A stretch of DNA of 64,000 nucleotides from Chlorokybus atmophyticus (Eukaryota > Plantae > Mesostigma and Chlorokybus algae), in contig RHPI01002090.1 of NCBI GenBank assembly GCA_009103225.1, positions 954,414 to 1,018,413 on the forward strand, read 5' to 3'. A program made the position numbers and the translations under genes. The number at the start of each line of letters is the position of its first letter. Position 1 is the first letter of the stretch. The notes beneath the pieces were generated by a model. The model was not told the origin of the DNA. It ran no database searches and saw only the letters and a program-made list of their open reading frames with translations. Of the stretch, positions 50,258 to 63,716 are shown piece after piece.

Positions 50258-53200
50258 ATGAAGCGGCGGTTCAAGGGCGGGGGCGGGCGCGGCGAGGGTG
50301 GTGGTGCTGGGCGGGGCGGATGTGTCCGTGGTGGTGGTGGTGGTCGCGAGCGTGACGAGAGCGGGCGAGTGCTTCCCCATCCAAGGTTTGGTTGATATGC
50401 TGATGTAGCACGCTTGATCTGCCTTTCTGCGAAGCATGCAGCAGCCTGAAACGCTTCGTACAGCGAAGCGAGCGGTAACAGCAACTTTAAGAACCTCCTA
50501 TGTTTGTTGCTAACAGCAGTGGGATTGTGATAACAATGTCGCTTGCAAAAAATGCAGCAACAAGTCTCACAGTTTGACGAAATGCTGCAACCAAGAGTAC
50601 AGTTGTCACACTTACACTTGAGCATCAAGGAACACAGGGCTTTCTTGACGCATGCAAGGTACTCATCTATTAACAGGGGTGCCTGTCTATATGCAGGAGT
50701 CGTTACGCTGACAAAGCTCCAGATTTCGCAGCGCTCGCAGAACTGTACCCATCATTCAAGCCTTAGTAAGCCCTACAGCCTTAAACATGCATCCTTGAGT
50801 TTCAGTCTGGCAGTTGACCGAGAGGCCATGCACGGCGTTGCATATACTTGCACACCAGTTTCTGTCCCTTCACCAAGCCCCATGCATTATCAAAACACAT
50901 TGTGACAAGCAATTGTTGCATGGTAGTGTGCGCATACGGGAGGACGGCTCAGTTTCAATAGACTGGACCAGCTTTGACGCCACGCGGTGCGTGACTTCAT
51001 TCCAATCTCAGCTGTGCTGTTGGTGCGAAGGATGTAGAGAGGCTGTCCAGCCGTTACATATGTGTATGCATCTTTAGCGTTGATTCCATGCAGGGAGCTT
51101 ACATGCGCCCTGCTGCATCACGACTACAAAGTGGACTGGGTTTTACCAGATGGCTATCTATGCCCTACAGTAAGCGTGCAGCAGAGAAGAGACTCCATAT
51201 GCATTGAACTTTTTTTTGGTTGATCAACCATGGCATACACACAACATAACCACGGTTATCACTTCGGCAGGTCACTTCACGTGAGAACTACATCAACTGG
51301 ATTCATGACCTGCTGCAACTCTCGCGGCGCGGGCATGCCTCACCGCCTGATAAACAGCCCGACATCACTGGCATTGACATTGGCACCGGTGCCTCATGCA
51401 TCTACCCTCTGATCGGAGCGAGCATATTCGGTTGGCATTTCGTTGGAACAGGTATGCATGTATAAGCAACAGGCAGAGTCAACAAACTCAGCGGTGCAGT
51501 GAAGTTGACAAAATATGCACAGATATCGTGGACCCTGCATTGCAGCATGCCAAGGCCAATGTCGACCGCAATCCCCATCTGGTGCGCCATGGTGTTGAAA
51601 GGTGCCACATTTAGTCCACTGAGAAACTGTTTGCAGTATTTGCCATGTACACCTGTAACCACGGTTACACTCTCCAGGCGCATCTGATACAGGTTCGCCG
51701 AGGCCACGTATTGGAGTCACAGGGGGGTGACATCGATGGCGATGGTGCCAAGGGGTTGCTTGTGGGCGTTGTCAATGACGATGAAAGGTTGGTGTTGTAA
51801 GGCGGTTACTGTCACCCAAGGCACAATGTATCATGTGTTCTGTCGTGGCACACAGGTACGATTTCTGCATGTGCAACCCACCTTTCTTTGAGTCTTTTGA
51901 AGAAGTTGGCGCCAACCCTCGCACGGTACGGTAGCAGCTGCATGCAGTCACACTGCCTTTGTTTGGTTTTACATTGACGCTCTGCACAGCGCACATGGAC
52001 TGGTCTATCACCGTCATCACAGTCCATTGTACTCGTGCAACAAAAGCGTGTGCAGTGTGCTCACATAGTGGTCAGGCTTGCGGTGGTTCGCCTGCTGAAA
52101 TGGTGACTCCTGGAGGTGAGGCGGCATTTGTACGGCGTATCATCGCTGACAGTTTTGTTTTGCGCGACCGCGTATGGTGAGCAAGGGATTGCAACTACAT
52201 ACGGCTAATGCTGCTCGCAATGTGAACTGACTCATTCAACTTTCATACAGGTGGTACACGTCTATGTTGGGCCGCAAAGCCACCCTGCTGCAGTTGAAAA
52301 AGGAATTACACGAGCGGAAGGTTGAGCACGTCGTATCATATTTGAAAGCATGCAGGTTGTAAAGGGACAGAAGTGCATGATGTGAGGATTGTTGCAGGTG
52401 CCAGCTGTGAGAGTAACTGAGTTCAGTCAAGGGCGTACGGCGCGATGGGGACTAGCCTGGTCCTTTGCACCAGATGTTGCTGCAGACATTCAGGTAGGCA
52501 CAGCGATGAGGCGAGGAAACAACCCCTGTACCTGTCCTGTAGATTTGCTTGTACCGTGTGGTGGCTGGACTCATTGGACTGAAGCCATGGATGCCGCTAC
52601 ATCATGGACCTGTGTTTGTGTATCGCAGAAAAGCATCACATCCCATACTCAACCCCGTGCCAACCACGTTTTCTCTGTAGACAAGTACTCTGCAGCAGAC
52701 CTGCTGAGCACCTTGCGGCACTTGTTGACTGAGGAACAGGCCAACTTCAAACAAGACGGTTCCGCATTTTCTTTTTCAGTACGGTGGCCACGTACTGCGG
52801 ATGCTGTGTTCAAACAAGTATGTAATGTCAAGTGACAGCGCAATATATGGCAGGGCACTCTTGTAATGCATAAGAGCAGTGACAGCGCTGTTCAAGGAAA
52901 GCGAGCACGCAGCAATGAAGTCGGGAGATCTACAAGCAGTCCTCCTGCGCTCAGCGGTGTACCGTTTAGCATCTCTGTCTTTCAGCAAGCCCCAGGGGCA
53001 TTTGCCGTGAAGACTGGCATAGGTCGACTGTCTCCAGAAAGTTCAGCTGCAGGTACATTGGGCAAGCCAGCGCTGCCCAGTACGAGTACTTGAGTATTTC
53101 TGTCGTGTGAAGAGATTTTGGGGGTGGTCATTTCATTTTTGTCTTGGCCTGGTCTTGGGTGTGTACATCAAATGCAGGACATGCATGCGTGTGGGGCGGG

Positions 53201-53322
53201 GAGGGGGAGGGGATTTGTGTGCACAGCTGACTCGTTTTGTTTTGTGGTGTGTAACAGCACTGCACAACTTCGACGCATTCGCCAGGCGAATACAGAAGGG
53301 ACTGTTACTAGACAGGTCATGA
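50258..53322 (+). CDS. METTL16: U6 snRNA/mRNA m6A methyltransferase METTL16 (FIONA1/RlmF family)
   Basis: MKRRFKGGG..LPHPR|SRYADKAPDFAALAELYP; NYINWIHDLL; GIDIGTGASCIYPLIG; FCMCNPPFF; GGEAAFVRRII; WYTSMLGRK; FSQGRTARWGLAWSF. 3' end less certain. Confidence 0.93.
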
Positions 53323-54264
53323 CTACATGGTTATCTCCAGGTGAAAACAACAGAGGTGTTCTACCCATGTAATGTACTTCACTGAAAGAAGGCTGAGAGA
53401 TTGAGAGATTGAAATCGCTGTACATGTGTGGTCGCAGGTTCAACCTTGCAGCACAATTCTGATGCGCAAGGGCAACCCCACGCATGAGTTCACACCTGTT
53501 GAACGATCATTTGCGCAAGCATGTCAGTTGGATTAAGTTTGGGTGGTGTTGCAAGCCTGCTGGCGGCCTCAGTCTCACTCGCCCAGGCTGGCAGTGACAG
53601 ACTGTGGCATGCATACTGAATGCTCGGCTGATTGGTAAGTGTGTGCGAGCATGTGTGCATGCGTGGATGAAGTGTTTGCGGCTTAACATTTGGGCCAGCC
53701 CCTGGTTGCTCTGCTGTCCAAGCAATGTCTGTGTCATTGTGGTGTGCATGGATGCATGCACGCATCAAAGCCTCATATCCATTGATTCACATTAGAGTTA
53801 CCTGTTTGGTTCAACAAACAACCCCCGGCAGTCCACCCAAGCAGAACTACCCTGCTATGTTGTGGTGGTTGGTTGCGTGCATGTGCATGTGCATGCACGC
53901 ACATGCAAGCATTGAGTGCGTTCCTATTTGCATAAACTGTAGTAGGACTCGATGCAGCAAATCAACCCGTCAAGCATGACACAACACGAGACTCTCTACT
54001 GCAATATATACGGTATCATAGAAATGCAGCAAGCCATAGCTAGACAAGTACAACACAACCGCACAAGACAACATAAGATTTGGCCAGGGGGTGCAGCTGG
54101 CCACCGCCTCACTCAACCACTAGATACACCACACTACACCACACTATGTGCGTGCATATGCGTGCAAGTGCGTGCAGTAGTAGGAATGGCAGCAACGGAC
54201 AACCACCTGCAGCAGCCGAGCAGCAGCCGAGCACATATGCAAGTGTTTGGCTGTTAGTGCTGCC

Positions 54265-54420
54265 ACTATGTAAGCACATGCATGTCTGATGGGTATGGGC
54301 AGTAGAGAAGGTAGGTAGCAGCTAGGTTGGCAGCCCGGTGGTTGATAAGAGTGCTTCATGGTGTGGTGAGTCGACTGCTCATGCAAGTGTGTGTCACACT
54401 CTCATGCATGCCACAATCCT
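54265..54420 (-). repeat. Further diverged copy of the dispersed repeat family seen at 4.7-6.6 and 11.5-12.7 kb
   Basis: gcagcccggtggttg..ggtg.g..gtcacactctcatgcatgccac aligns by eye with the reverse complement of ~11540-11690. Confidence 0.5.
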
Positions 54421-55022
54421 TGCACTCTATTTATTATACACACAACTATACGTAACCAGACAATCACACATCGAACACTCACGCTCTACTTCTATATCAG
54501 TGCCGCATTCACCGCCATAGTAGAGGGCCTACAGGTCCCCAGCCTGGTACTGCCATCACCTCCACCTTACTACTAGTACTTGGCTACTAGAACAGTATAC
54601 TGCAGGTTGCAGTCGTGTCGCTGCTGACGGCGCGATATATGTTAACGACGTGGTGGTGGCTGGGGGCAAGGGCCTAGAGCACAGCACAGCACCGCACTGC
54701 ACCACTCCCATCTTGCTTGTCCAGCCAACGCCTGATCGCAGGCCTAACTCGCTGCCTGCTGCTAACTGCCTGCCCCACTACCATTGCATTGCACAGCACA
54801 TAGCAGCACTTCGGGTAGCGAGTAGGTGGCCGCGGGTGTCATGTTAACTGTCTCTCCTTGTTGTCCTCGCTCTGCTTGCCCTGTTATGCATCTTTGCATG
54901 TGCATGACATACAATGATATATACCCTATATACCCTGATATGTACTGCAGCTTTTTTAAGGTATGTGTGTGTGTGCGTGCAGTGTGGGGGGGGTAGTGTG
55001 TGGGGGGCAGCCTGCCCCGTGG

Positions 55023-55239
55023 NNNNNNNNNNNNNNNNNNNNNNNNNNNNNNNNNNNNNNNNNNNNNNNNNNNNNNNNNNNNNNNNNNNNNNNNNNNNNN
55101 NNNNNNNNNNNNNNNNNNNNNNNNNNNNNNNNNNNNNNNNNNNNNNNNNNNNNNNNNNNNNNNNNNNNNNNNNNNNNNNNNNNNNNNNNNNNNNNNNNNN
55201 NNNNNNNNNNNNNNNNNNNNNNNNNNNNNNNNNNNNNNN
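55023..55239. other. Assembly gap (217 N) flanked by (GT)n/G-runs on the left and poly-C/(CA)n on the right
   Basis: Seen directly. Confidence 0.98.
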
Positions 55240-56862
55240 CCCCCCCCCCCCCCCCCCCCCCCCACCACCCACCCACCCACACACACACACACACACTACC
55301 GGGTAGTTATGACGCTGTGTGACCGACCTGTGAGCCACCGAAAGCGAGCAGACTGAGGGTTAGTCCACTGGCTAGAGGTGGAGGAGCAAAGACTGTGCAG
55401 TGTAGTGCAGTATGGAACGCGAAGCCCCCGCCCTCTGGCACTCCCCCCGCCAGCTTGCAGTCTTTGTGGCGGCTGTGGGGTGAAGGGCGTTCAGTCTCGC
55501 AGTTGCGACAGCGAAGGACCTGTAACTGCAACTGCAACTTCATAACACAGCCCGTTGAGTCAACAACAGTAACTTCAGTTGCATGCATTAGCACTCAGCA
55601 CGCTTTACACTCATAAGGTGCGGCGCAAGCAAACAGGACCATGACTTGCATGAGGGCAAACTAGCTGCTCCCCTCACGTGCACTTACCATCACTTACATG
55701 TGTCTTTACCCGGTACTTACCCTTCATGCGTCCTTGCATGCTCGTACGACCTGCATAGGGTATACATCATAGTCAATCATGTGCACACACGCGTGCTCAG
55801 TGCGCTCAGTGCGGACGCACAACCGATAAAGACTAGGTACAGCAAGCAAGCCAACAACTATCACCCCCGGAAACTTTCCCTTCTCTACACCACACCAAAT
55901 GCCATGTGTGCTATGCCAGTGTGATGCAGCAGGAGGCAGTAGCAGCAACCACCAGCGGCTTAACCAACTCGTGAAGCACAGGCATGTACAAATGCATTGG
56001 TGCGACTTCACAGATATAACCCTGCTATCTTACCATCTTCGCCCACAAGCTGCATTGTGTAACAACTGCAACACAACTGCATTGTGTATATATAGTACAC
56101 TACACATTGAAGATCGTAGCAAGCCATGTGCCATGGCGAAAGGCGAGCAGGAGAACGGGTTAACTCTAAGTTGGCTGGTAGTGTTAAGACTGGATGGCGG
56201 ATAATAATCCTCTCTGCGGTCAACGTTCGGTTGAAATGGTAACCATATCCCAAGCCTAACAACAATAACTGCTTGCACAAGTGCATTACAACAATTGTCC
56301 GTGCTACACAGCTTTTTCCATGCAAAGCTGTCAAATATGACCAGTCTACATTCCCGCAGACAGCATCAGATGCACACAACATGCAACAATCTGTGGCTAC
56401 CGTGTTTTGTGTAGTGCAAGGCATCGCCAGGGAACTAGTAGTGGTCTAGCAGATCAGATTGGGCTACTCCACTGCTCCACATGTACACTTCAATAGCATT
56501 CACCTTACCTGAAGCTGTCAACATGCGACCATTTGGTAATTTCAGAATATCAATGGTTGTATTTTGGTATAACCAGGCATGTCCACCCATCAATGAGGGA
56601 TGCATGCATGTCTAGGCAAACATGACAAGCTCGTGGCCAGTCACACAAAGACACATCACATGATACGTTCTGCAACACACAGCTAGACAAAAGCAACAAC
56701 TTCAATCGTCAGACAAACCCTAAGCTCGAGTTATTCAGCTAACACCCAACCCCCGCGAAATTACATCAATATAAACAATGGCACTGACAATGTCTGGATC
56801 CAACGTCCACAGTTGCCCTAGGCCTAAGACACGACATTTTCCTGATCGACATGCATTCTCAC

Positions 56863-58842
56863 TCATTTCTTCTGGCCTTCGCTATAAGGCACATACTGCA
56901 GCTTCTTGTCGTCATACAGCTGGCACTTCTTGATGATGGTGGACATCAGCGGGAGCCCAAACTCAGCGGTGGTCATGTACTTGCCCCAGTTTTGCTTCAA
57001 CGACTCATAGGCTGGCCGCAGGTTGTAGCTTGGAATTTTGGTGTTCAGATGGTGAGGCACGTGAACACTAATATCGTGGCACAAGGTCTCAATCCTGTAG
57101 GATGCGAAGCAAGTGATCAGGACAGCTTTGGTTGGACTTCAGTCACAAGACCGAGTGAGAGTGCTACAGAAGGACAGATGTGTGACAGATGTGGATGCAT
57201 TCAATTTGTCATGACAGCCAACCATGCGCACACCATACCAACAACGTCAGCGAGAATTGCATACCAAGAGGGATAATCGCAGTGAACTGTGCCGCCGAGC
57301 TGAGCCTTAACCTGGCTCCAGTCAGAACCCTTTGTGAATGGGATGTGTGGTGCGGTGTGATGAACCATGGTGAAAGTGCTCATCCAGAAGTGGAAGCCCA
57401 ACCACGGCATCACCCAGTACTTGGCCACAAACAAGGGGCCCTGTGTAACGAGCATGGGGACCAAAACCGCGCCAATGAAGGCTGCGACTGCCGCCAGACT
57501 CACCTACACACAGAAGAAGATGATCAGCAAATTGGCAATTATGTCCTCGAGAAACCTAAGACTGTCACAAACGCAAGGACTACCGCAAGGCCACTACCAT
57601 CAACTGAGACACTCAAGCACAGATCAAGGTTGTAATGTCATACCCAGACGCGTGGCCTCTCAGCAGGCCTGTACTTGTTGATGTCAAAATGCCAGATTGC
57701 CCAGTGCCCAATCGAAGCAATGTACCAGGCTGGACCATATGCAGAGTGAATGCCAGCCTTCATAGGCAGGCTTGCAGTCTTGTACTGCTCAACGCGGAAT
57801 GGCTGCCATGCAGTATCCAGGACGAGCCTACAGTCATAGACGTCAGCACAGCATGCTCACAGACAATGCAAAATCCGCACAACTCTCCAACTAGGCTCAC
57901 TTGTTGGTGTGCGCGTGGTGGGTGTTGTGCTTGATTCTCCAGGGCTCGAATGGGTAAACGAGAGGCATGAACACCAAGGTTCCCACGATGTCATTCACAA
58001 GCTGGTTCTTGGAGAAAGAATTGTGTCCGCAGTCATGGCCAATCACGAATAGACCGGTTACAGCTGCGCTCATGTATGCATACACCGCTGGTAGCAGATA
58101 CCAGGGCGAGTTTGCAAGCGCAACATAACCAGCAGCCACTGAAGCCACGGTGACGGCCACACTTCTCCAGGCCTTCAAGTCATTGACTTCAAACACCTGT
58201 GGGTCATTGGATGAGTCAGACGCCTCTGTGAGCGGAACAAATAGGTCAACACTGCCCCCAGCTGCTCACCTCCTTGGGAAGGGTCTTCAGAACATCACTC
58301 ATGGAGATTTCATCTGGGATCTGCGCAACACAACTGTGAGGTCTTGGAAACTAACAACAGATATGGTTTGCTAATTAAGGACGACAACTCACCGGCTCGC
58401 CAATCTGAGTGTAGCCAGGGAATGGATTAGTGTACACTGGGGCAGGAGGTGCGGCAACAGCTTGGGTGGCTGTGCGGGTGTTGGCAACAGAGCGAGTCTG
58501 CAGCCACAAATCTTACTTAGCACTGGTTATGTATGCAAGAGGACAAACCGACACTCGCAAATCTCAATCTGTGCCAACTGCCACCAGCAACGTGCATGCT
58601 TGCCTGTCGCAGAGTGAGAGGCACACCGCGCACGAAGCTGGAAGCTGTGCGTGAGCTGGCTAGGCGACCTGCGTCTCTCCTGACGGAACCCCTAGGCTGA
58701 GGTGTCCTGTAAGAGCTCTGCGTACAAGAAATGGGATCAGAATCTACCGATGTAGAGCAAGTACGACTCAACCAGCCCATATTGTAGACGCAGCAGCGCC
58801 ATGAGCAAGTCCAGCGAGAGAGGAGCGAGAGATGACAGCCAT
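56863..58842 (-). CDS. FAD6: Plastid omega-6 fatty acid desaturase
   Basis: Transit peptide MAVISRSSLAG..; His boxes GHDCGH, KHNTHH, HVPHH; WLGFHFWMSTFTMVHHTAPHIPF; TVHCDYPSW. Confidence 0.96.
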
Positions 58843-59040
58843 TGTGTGCTTGAATGTGCGTGAACTCATAGCTGCGAAGTTGACGTACAGCAAAAGGCAA
58901 GTGCTCCGACGGCAGCTACTGTAGCGTTGCTGCCTGTAGCGGTCAACAAAAAGGGTAGCATTCAGTCACTCACTGTGGCAGCTGTGCGAAGCAGTGCCGC
59001 TGCAGGCGTGGCGACAGCGGACCCCGCCATTGCGGCTGCG

Positions 59041-59078
59041 AAGTGCCCCCCGAGATGCCAAGTGCCCCCCGAGATGCC
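59041..59078 (+). repeat. 19-bp tandem duplication
   Basis: aagtgccccccgagatgcc x2. Confidence 0.85.
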
Positions 59079-59999
59079 AAGCAACTACTCCCGCACAGTG
59101 TCACCCCTGACGGCGCCTGCCACGCACCCTTCGCCGCCGTTCCCGCCTCCAGCACCTTCACCCCGCCACTGGCAGCCAGCAATACCGCCCCCCCAAAACA
59201 ATTCCGCCACCTCCTCCGCGTACTGAACCCACCCTAAAACCTACACCTTGCCGGCGGTAAACCCCTTGTCAGTCAGATCACCTTCAAACACAAGCCCCAA
59301 GCACCAATAGTAACCTACTTTTACGATATAACGCTCTTCTAACGGCTGGTATTGTCGATATCCCGCTATACCAGTGATATGTGCTCGCGGCTAGTTTTGT
59401 CAAGGTTGATTAGTTGACTGACAAGTACAGCTGGGTTCGCCGCCAGATACGCGGCGCTCAGCGACCAAGGCCTCCCCCCCGAGTTCGCGGGCATCTGATT
59501 GGTGCGGTTGATCTGAGGGCAGGCAGCAAGCCAGGCGCTTTGCCCTTTTCCTGCTTGGCATTATGAGCGGCGGAGGGTGGACGGGGGGGGTTTCGCATGA
59601 TCGCCGGCGCACGGGGTGCCACGCGGGCAGGAGGGCAGCGCCTGCCTCGCTGGACAATGTGGACGCGGGGAGGTGCGACCTGGCCCCGCGGCAGCGCTGA
59701 TATTTTGATTTGCTATGTTGGGTGGCTGCCGTCGATTGGGGACAAGTCGCGGAGTGGACTGGAAAGCTGTGGCCACGGTGGGGAAGGCCAACGCACATTG
59801 TGCGGCGCATGTGCGACAGCGTGAATTCCCCTTGAACATGTTCATGACATTCATGGCGTTCCTGAACAGTTCATCCCCACTGACGGTCCCTTTGTGCCGA
59901 TACAAGAACCACTTGGCCGCCATCCTCTTGCATGAATTCTGCTGCTGCTGCTGCTGTTCCGTAATGCGTATTAGGTAGCATGACACACCTTATTGGATT

Positions 60000-61700
60000 C
60001 TCAACTATGCTCAAGTTAATAAGCATAAATGACTTTGTTTGTAAAGAAGCACAGGTAATATGCATATCTAGTGAGAAGTACATACGTGATTATTAATTTA
60101 TGAACATCGTCAACAAGTTACAGCGACAAATGATGATAACGCGATGAGTATATTTACAATTGCATAATAAACGCATATGCGTTCAATTACACTTATGCAA
60201 TGGTATCGCTGCATCGCAGAGAACATAAAATCGTGCAAACCGTGTTAACCTAAATGATATACGACTTTATCATGGTACTTCTCTATGGGCCACACGTGCA
60301 GTTTTCAATTATGGGCTGTGGATGAAAATGAATCTCATCCACAATACATTACCTCATATTAAACGCCGTCACATATTTTATTTCACTACATGTTATTTAA
60401 CGTGATAATTGAAATATATACACACAAAATCTTGTGCAATGCATTTAACACCATATTTATTATTGAGCATACATCTTGCTGAAATTATTTAATAGAATTA
60501 ATGTAACATACAACATACAACATTTGCCAAACATTGCGTTAAGATGTTGATGTGAGCTCTTATCAACTCAATTTCTGTTATCAACAACTCGTTACACCAA
60601 CATTATTTATTACAATTTGCTCAAAGATTTTCACCAACATGCAACATATAATGCTACTAGTCAACCTCATTACCGTATCTCGCAATTCAACCCCTTCAAT
60701 TATATACAAGCCCCCCCNACTTGTGTGGCTGTGTCGTGCATTGTTGGTCAGCGCGATCCAGAAAGCCAGTGGATACTTGGCAGCACAATGGCCATTGCGA
60801 GTGACATGTTGTCATATCTGTGTAAGATATGTCCCATACAGGCTGCTCTATGATACTGGTTGTCATATTAGCTATACTCATTGCTTGGCTACCAATTGCT
60901 GCTGCTACTGTGTTTGCAACACACCACCGCGCGTATCCTGTACATATGTATGCAGCTATGTTGAATTTCACTTGCATTCTTGTTCTTCTTCTTCTGAAGT
61001 ATGAAGGGCCCCACCCACCCCTTTGTAATATTATTGCAACAATCTTAATATATCGCTCATGAGAGTTGTACATAAGGGGTAATTGAGGTAACATAATAAG
61101 ATAAATACTGTGCTTGACGCAACGTGTTTGCTACTTGGCTTTTATTGGTTGCAGCAATTACATGCACATAAATTTATAAACATAAACACAAGCGCAGCCT
61201 GATGTTGTTATTCAATTTTTTATCGCAGACTCAACATGCATATTATACATATACATACTTAAATGTGGTAAAAACTCACGCGCGCATATCCAACTCAATA
61301 AATGATTTGTACATTTATCTCATTACAAAACAAGCTACCTCACTGCCACATAATGACAAGCTACTTGATTGTGGCAGTGAGGTAGCTTGTCAACATATGG
61401 AACATGCGTGAGTCTACGCGTTACAAATCAGCATGGTGATGATAACGAGACAATGAATTTGCCGTATTGCTATTGCTCATTGCTGCTACACCTACATTGG
61501 GCATTTTTGTCCTCTTAGAAACGTGATTGAGTAACATGTTCGCAGTATACATTCAGTGACGTCATTTGCAAAGTTATAAACATATTGCAATTATATAAAT
61601 ATGTAAGCATAGTAGTTGATCTACGACTGTTGAATACAATGTCATTGTCATTGTCAGCGTTGTGTGCAGGATAATTTGTTTGCAAGATGTACTGCATGTC
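60000..61700. other. AT-rich island with broken hydrophobic ORF fragments
   Basis: Composition visibly more AT-rich than flanking genes; fragments 60617-60853 and 60829-61062. Confidence 0.5.
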
Positions 61701-61863
61701 TCTTTAAGTGACATTGTCAAAGCACTTTGAGACACATGACCTGCAGTTCATGATGTAGCTTACAAGAAGTGTTTTTGTGACAACCTCGATGTGAGAGCAC
61801 GTCTCTTACACCGAGGAAGGACGCCCTTCGTATAAGACAAAAGAACACGAAAGTCTCTGAGAC

Positions 61864-62653
61864 ATGACATGCGAGACTGCGACCAGTGGCGGCGGCGGCG
61901 GCGGCGGCGGCAAGGAGGGCAGGGGGCATGGGACTGCAGATGTTGTCGTGAGTACCGTTATGGAGGAGTACGAGGTGAGGAATCAAAGAAGAGAGACAGC
62001 TTTGGTTTGCTGTCGTTGGTCTTGTCGCTGACACCGTAGCCTCACAAGTCGTAATGTGTCCGTTGTCACCTGAAAAGGCTTGCATAGTTTCGCCAGCAAA
62101 TCTCGACGTCATGCACACGCTGTGTGTTCTGCGATGCATGCAGTAGTTTGGTTGGTTCCAGCGTGCATCCGAGCTAAATGTGCGCAACACCCTATAGAGC
62201 AGCCTTATTAGTTATTCGTATCAGTCGGGCATACACATTACATGTGCGTATGCGGCAAGGACTTGTGTCGTTGTCATTCATTGGTGTTGCGCAGGTGGAG
62301 GAGGTGAAGCAGAATGCGGCGGAGACGCTCTCGCGCTACTCGCACCTCACACTCGGCGTGCTTACGGATGGCACCCCTCCCGCCCGGCTCCGCCTCCACC
62401 TCCTCAAAGTAGGCCTTAATTCACAATCCCGCGAGTGTGAACTGCCCCACACACCAAACATGCGTGCTTTGTCCACCTTGTTGTAAACATGCATGCGAGG
62501 AAAGGATTTGAAAGGTTGACTCTGCAGGAGATTTCCGGTATGTCTCGGGAAGAGCCGGCGGTGGCATTCCCGGCCGCGCCGCCCACGTTGACCACCGCCT
62601 CAGCGCACCACGCCAACCAACTCCAGCAGCGGCAGCGGGAACGAGAGCAATGA
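61864..62653 (+). CDS. Small three-exon hypothetical protein (116 aa)
   Basis: Exons 61864-61974, 62295-62408, 62528-62653, each a multiple of 3, GT-AG introns; MTCETATSG8KEG..VMEEYE|VEEVKQNAAETLSRYSHLTLGVLTDGTPPARLRLHLLK|EISGMSREE..*. Confidence 0.75.
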
Positions 62654-63716
62654 TAGCCGCATACACGGCATTGCGTATGCTGGCAACCGCTTCATTGCAT
62701 TGTTGATGGCCGCACCTTGCATGTACATAACACCCAGCCATGTTCAACAGGTCTATTGCAACGGTCAGGGCAGTGCCTTGGGCATTTTGTGATGCTCAAG
62801 GTCAGGCAGCATAGGGTATATAATTCGGCCCAGCATTGTACAGTGTTGCACACGATGGTATGCATGAACAGCATCTCGGGCAAACTGCAGACACAAGCAT
62901 GCCTAGCTAAGCCCTCTGGTGAATAAAGCTCTGGTTGGGTGGGTGGTTATGCGTGTGAGGCTGCCATGTGTGGGATTGCCATGTGTGTTTGCATCTTCCA
63001 TAGTGTGAGAGCATGAATGGAGCAGTCTTTGGATATATGCAAGCATGATTTTGTTGGCTTAATTTGAGTGTGATCTGCATCAGCATGTTTATGCCTGTGT
63101 GGCGTATTTACTTTGTTATCTGCAGTTGTGTCACGACATGCCAACGTGGACACTCGGTATGGCTGCTACATTGCCAACTCCCTGCCGCACAGTGAGCCAC
63201 TGCTTGAAGCTGGCCGCCGATGACAACTTCACCATGCAGTACGACATAAGCAATGCAAACTTCATTACACACGCACCATGTTGGTCAGATCCTAGATTCC
63301 TCAGCCAAGGGATAACCGCGCGAAGATTGACTCGTGATTGCATTATCGGCTTGCACAGGAAAATGCATATGCGCGGTGCATGACAGATGCGCTAACATTC
63401 ACAATTATGTGTGCGTTTTGCCAGTGTCTGTGTCACTCAATATGCACATGCAAAACCTGCAAGAATTGCTCCACACCTTTCAAACCATGAGGACTGCCAG
63501 CAGCTGCGCAACCGACACACATAGATTGCCACAAACAGCAATACAAGTTTCTTGCACCGCCCATATTCAGAGCTACAAACTATCGTGGCTGCCTGTCCTA
63601 TGACAACCCTGACATGCACAGAACAACATAGTACTACAATACGCAGCTGCACAGTGGTGACCAGCTGCAGAGGCTGCTGCAACAAGTACAGCAGGTATAT
63701 ACTAGCAATGAGAACC

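Noticed and set aside
49991-50437. Polyproline (extensin-like) minus-strand ORF
   Set aside because: Antisense of the G-rich 5' UTR and Gly-rich first exon of METTL16.
54762-55338. ORFs spanning the N-run
   Set aside because: Artefacts of translating the assembly gap.
59345-59395. Helitron 3' end (hairpin + CTAGT)
   Set aside because: Hairpin spacing and GC content do not fit the usual geometry; no matching 5' TC end identified.
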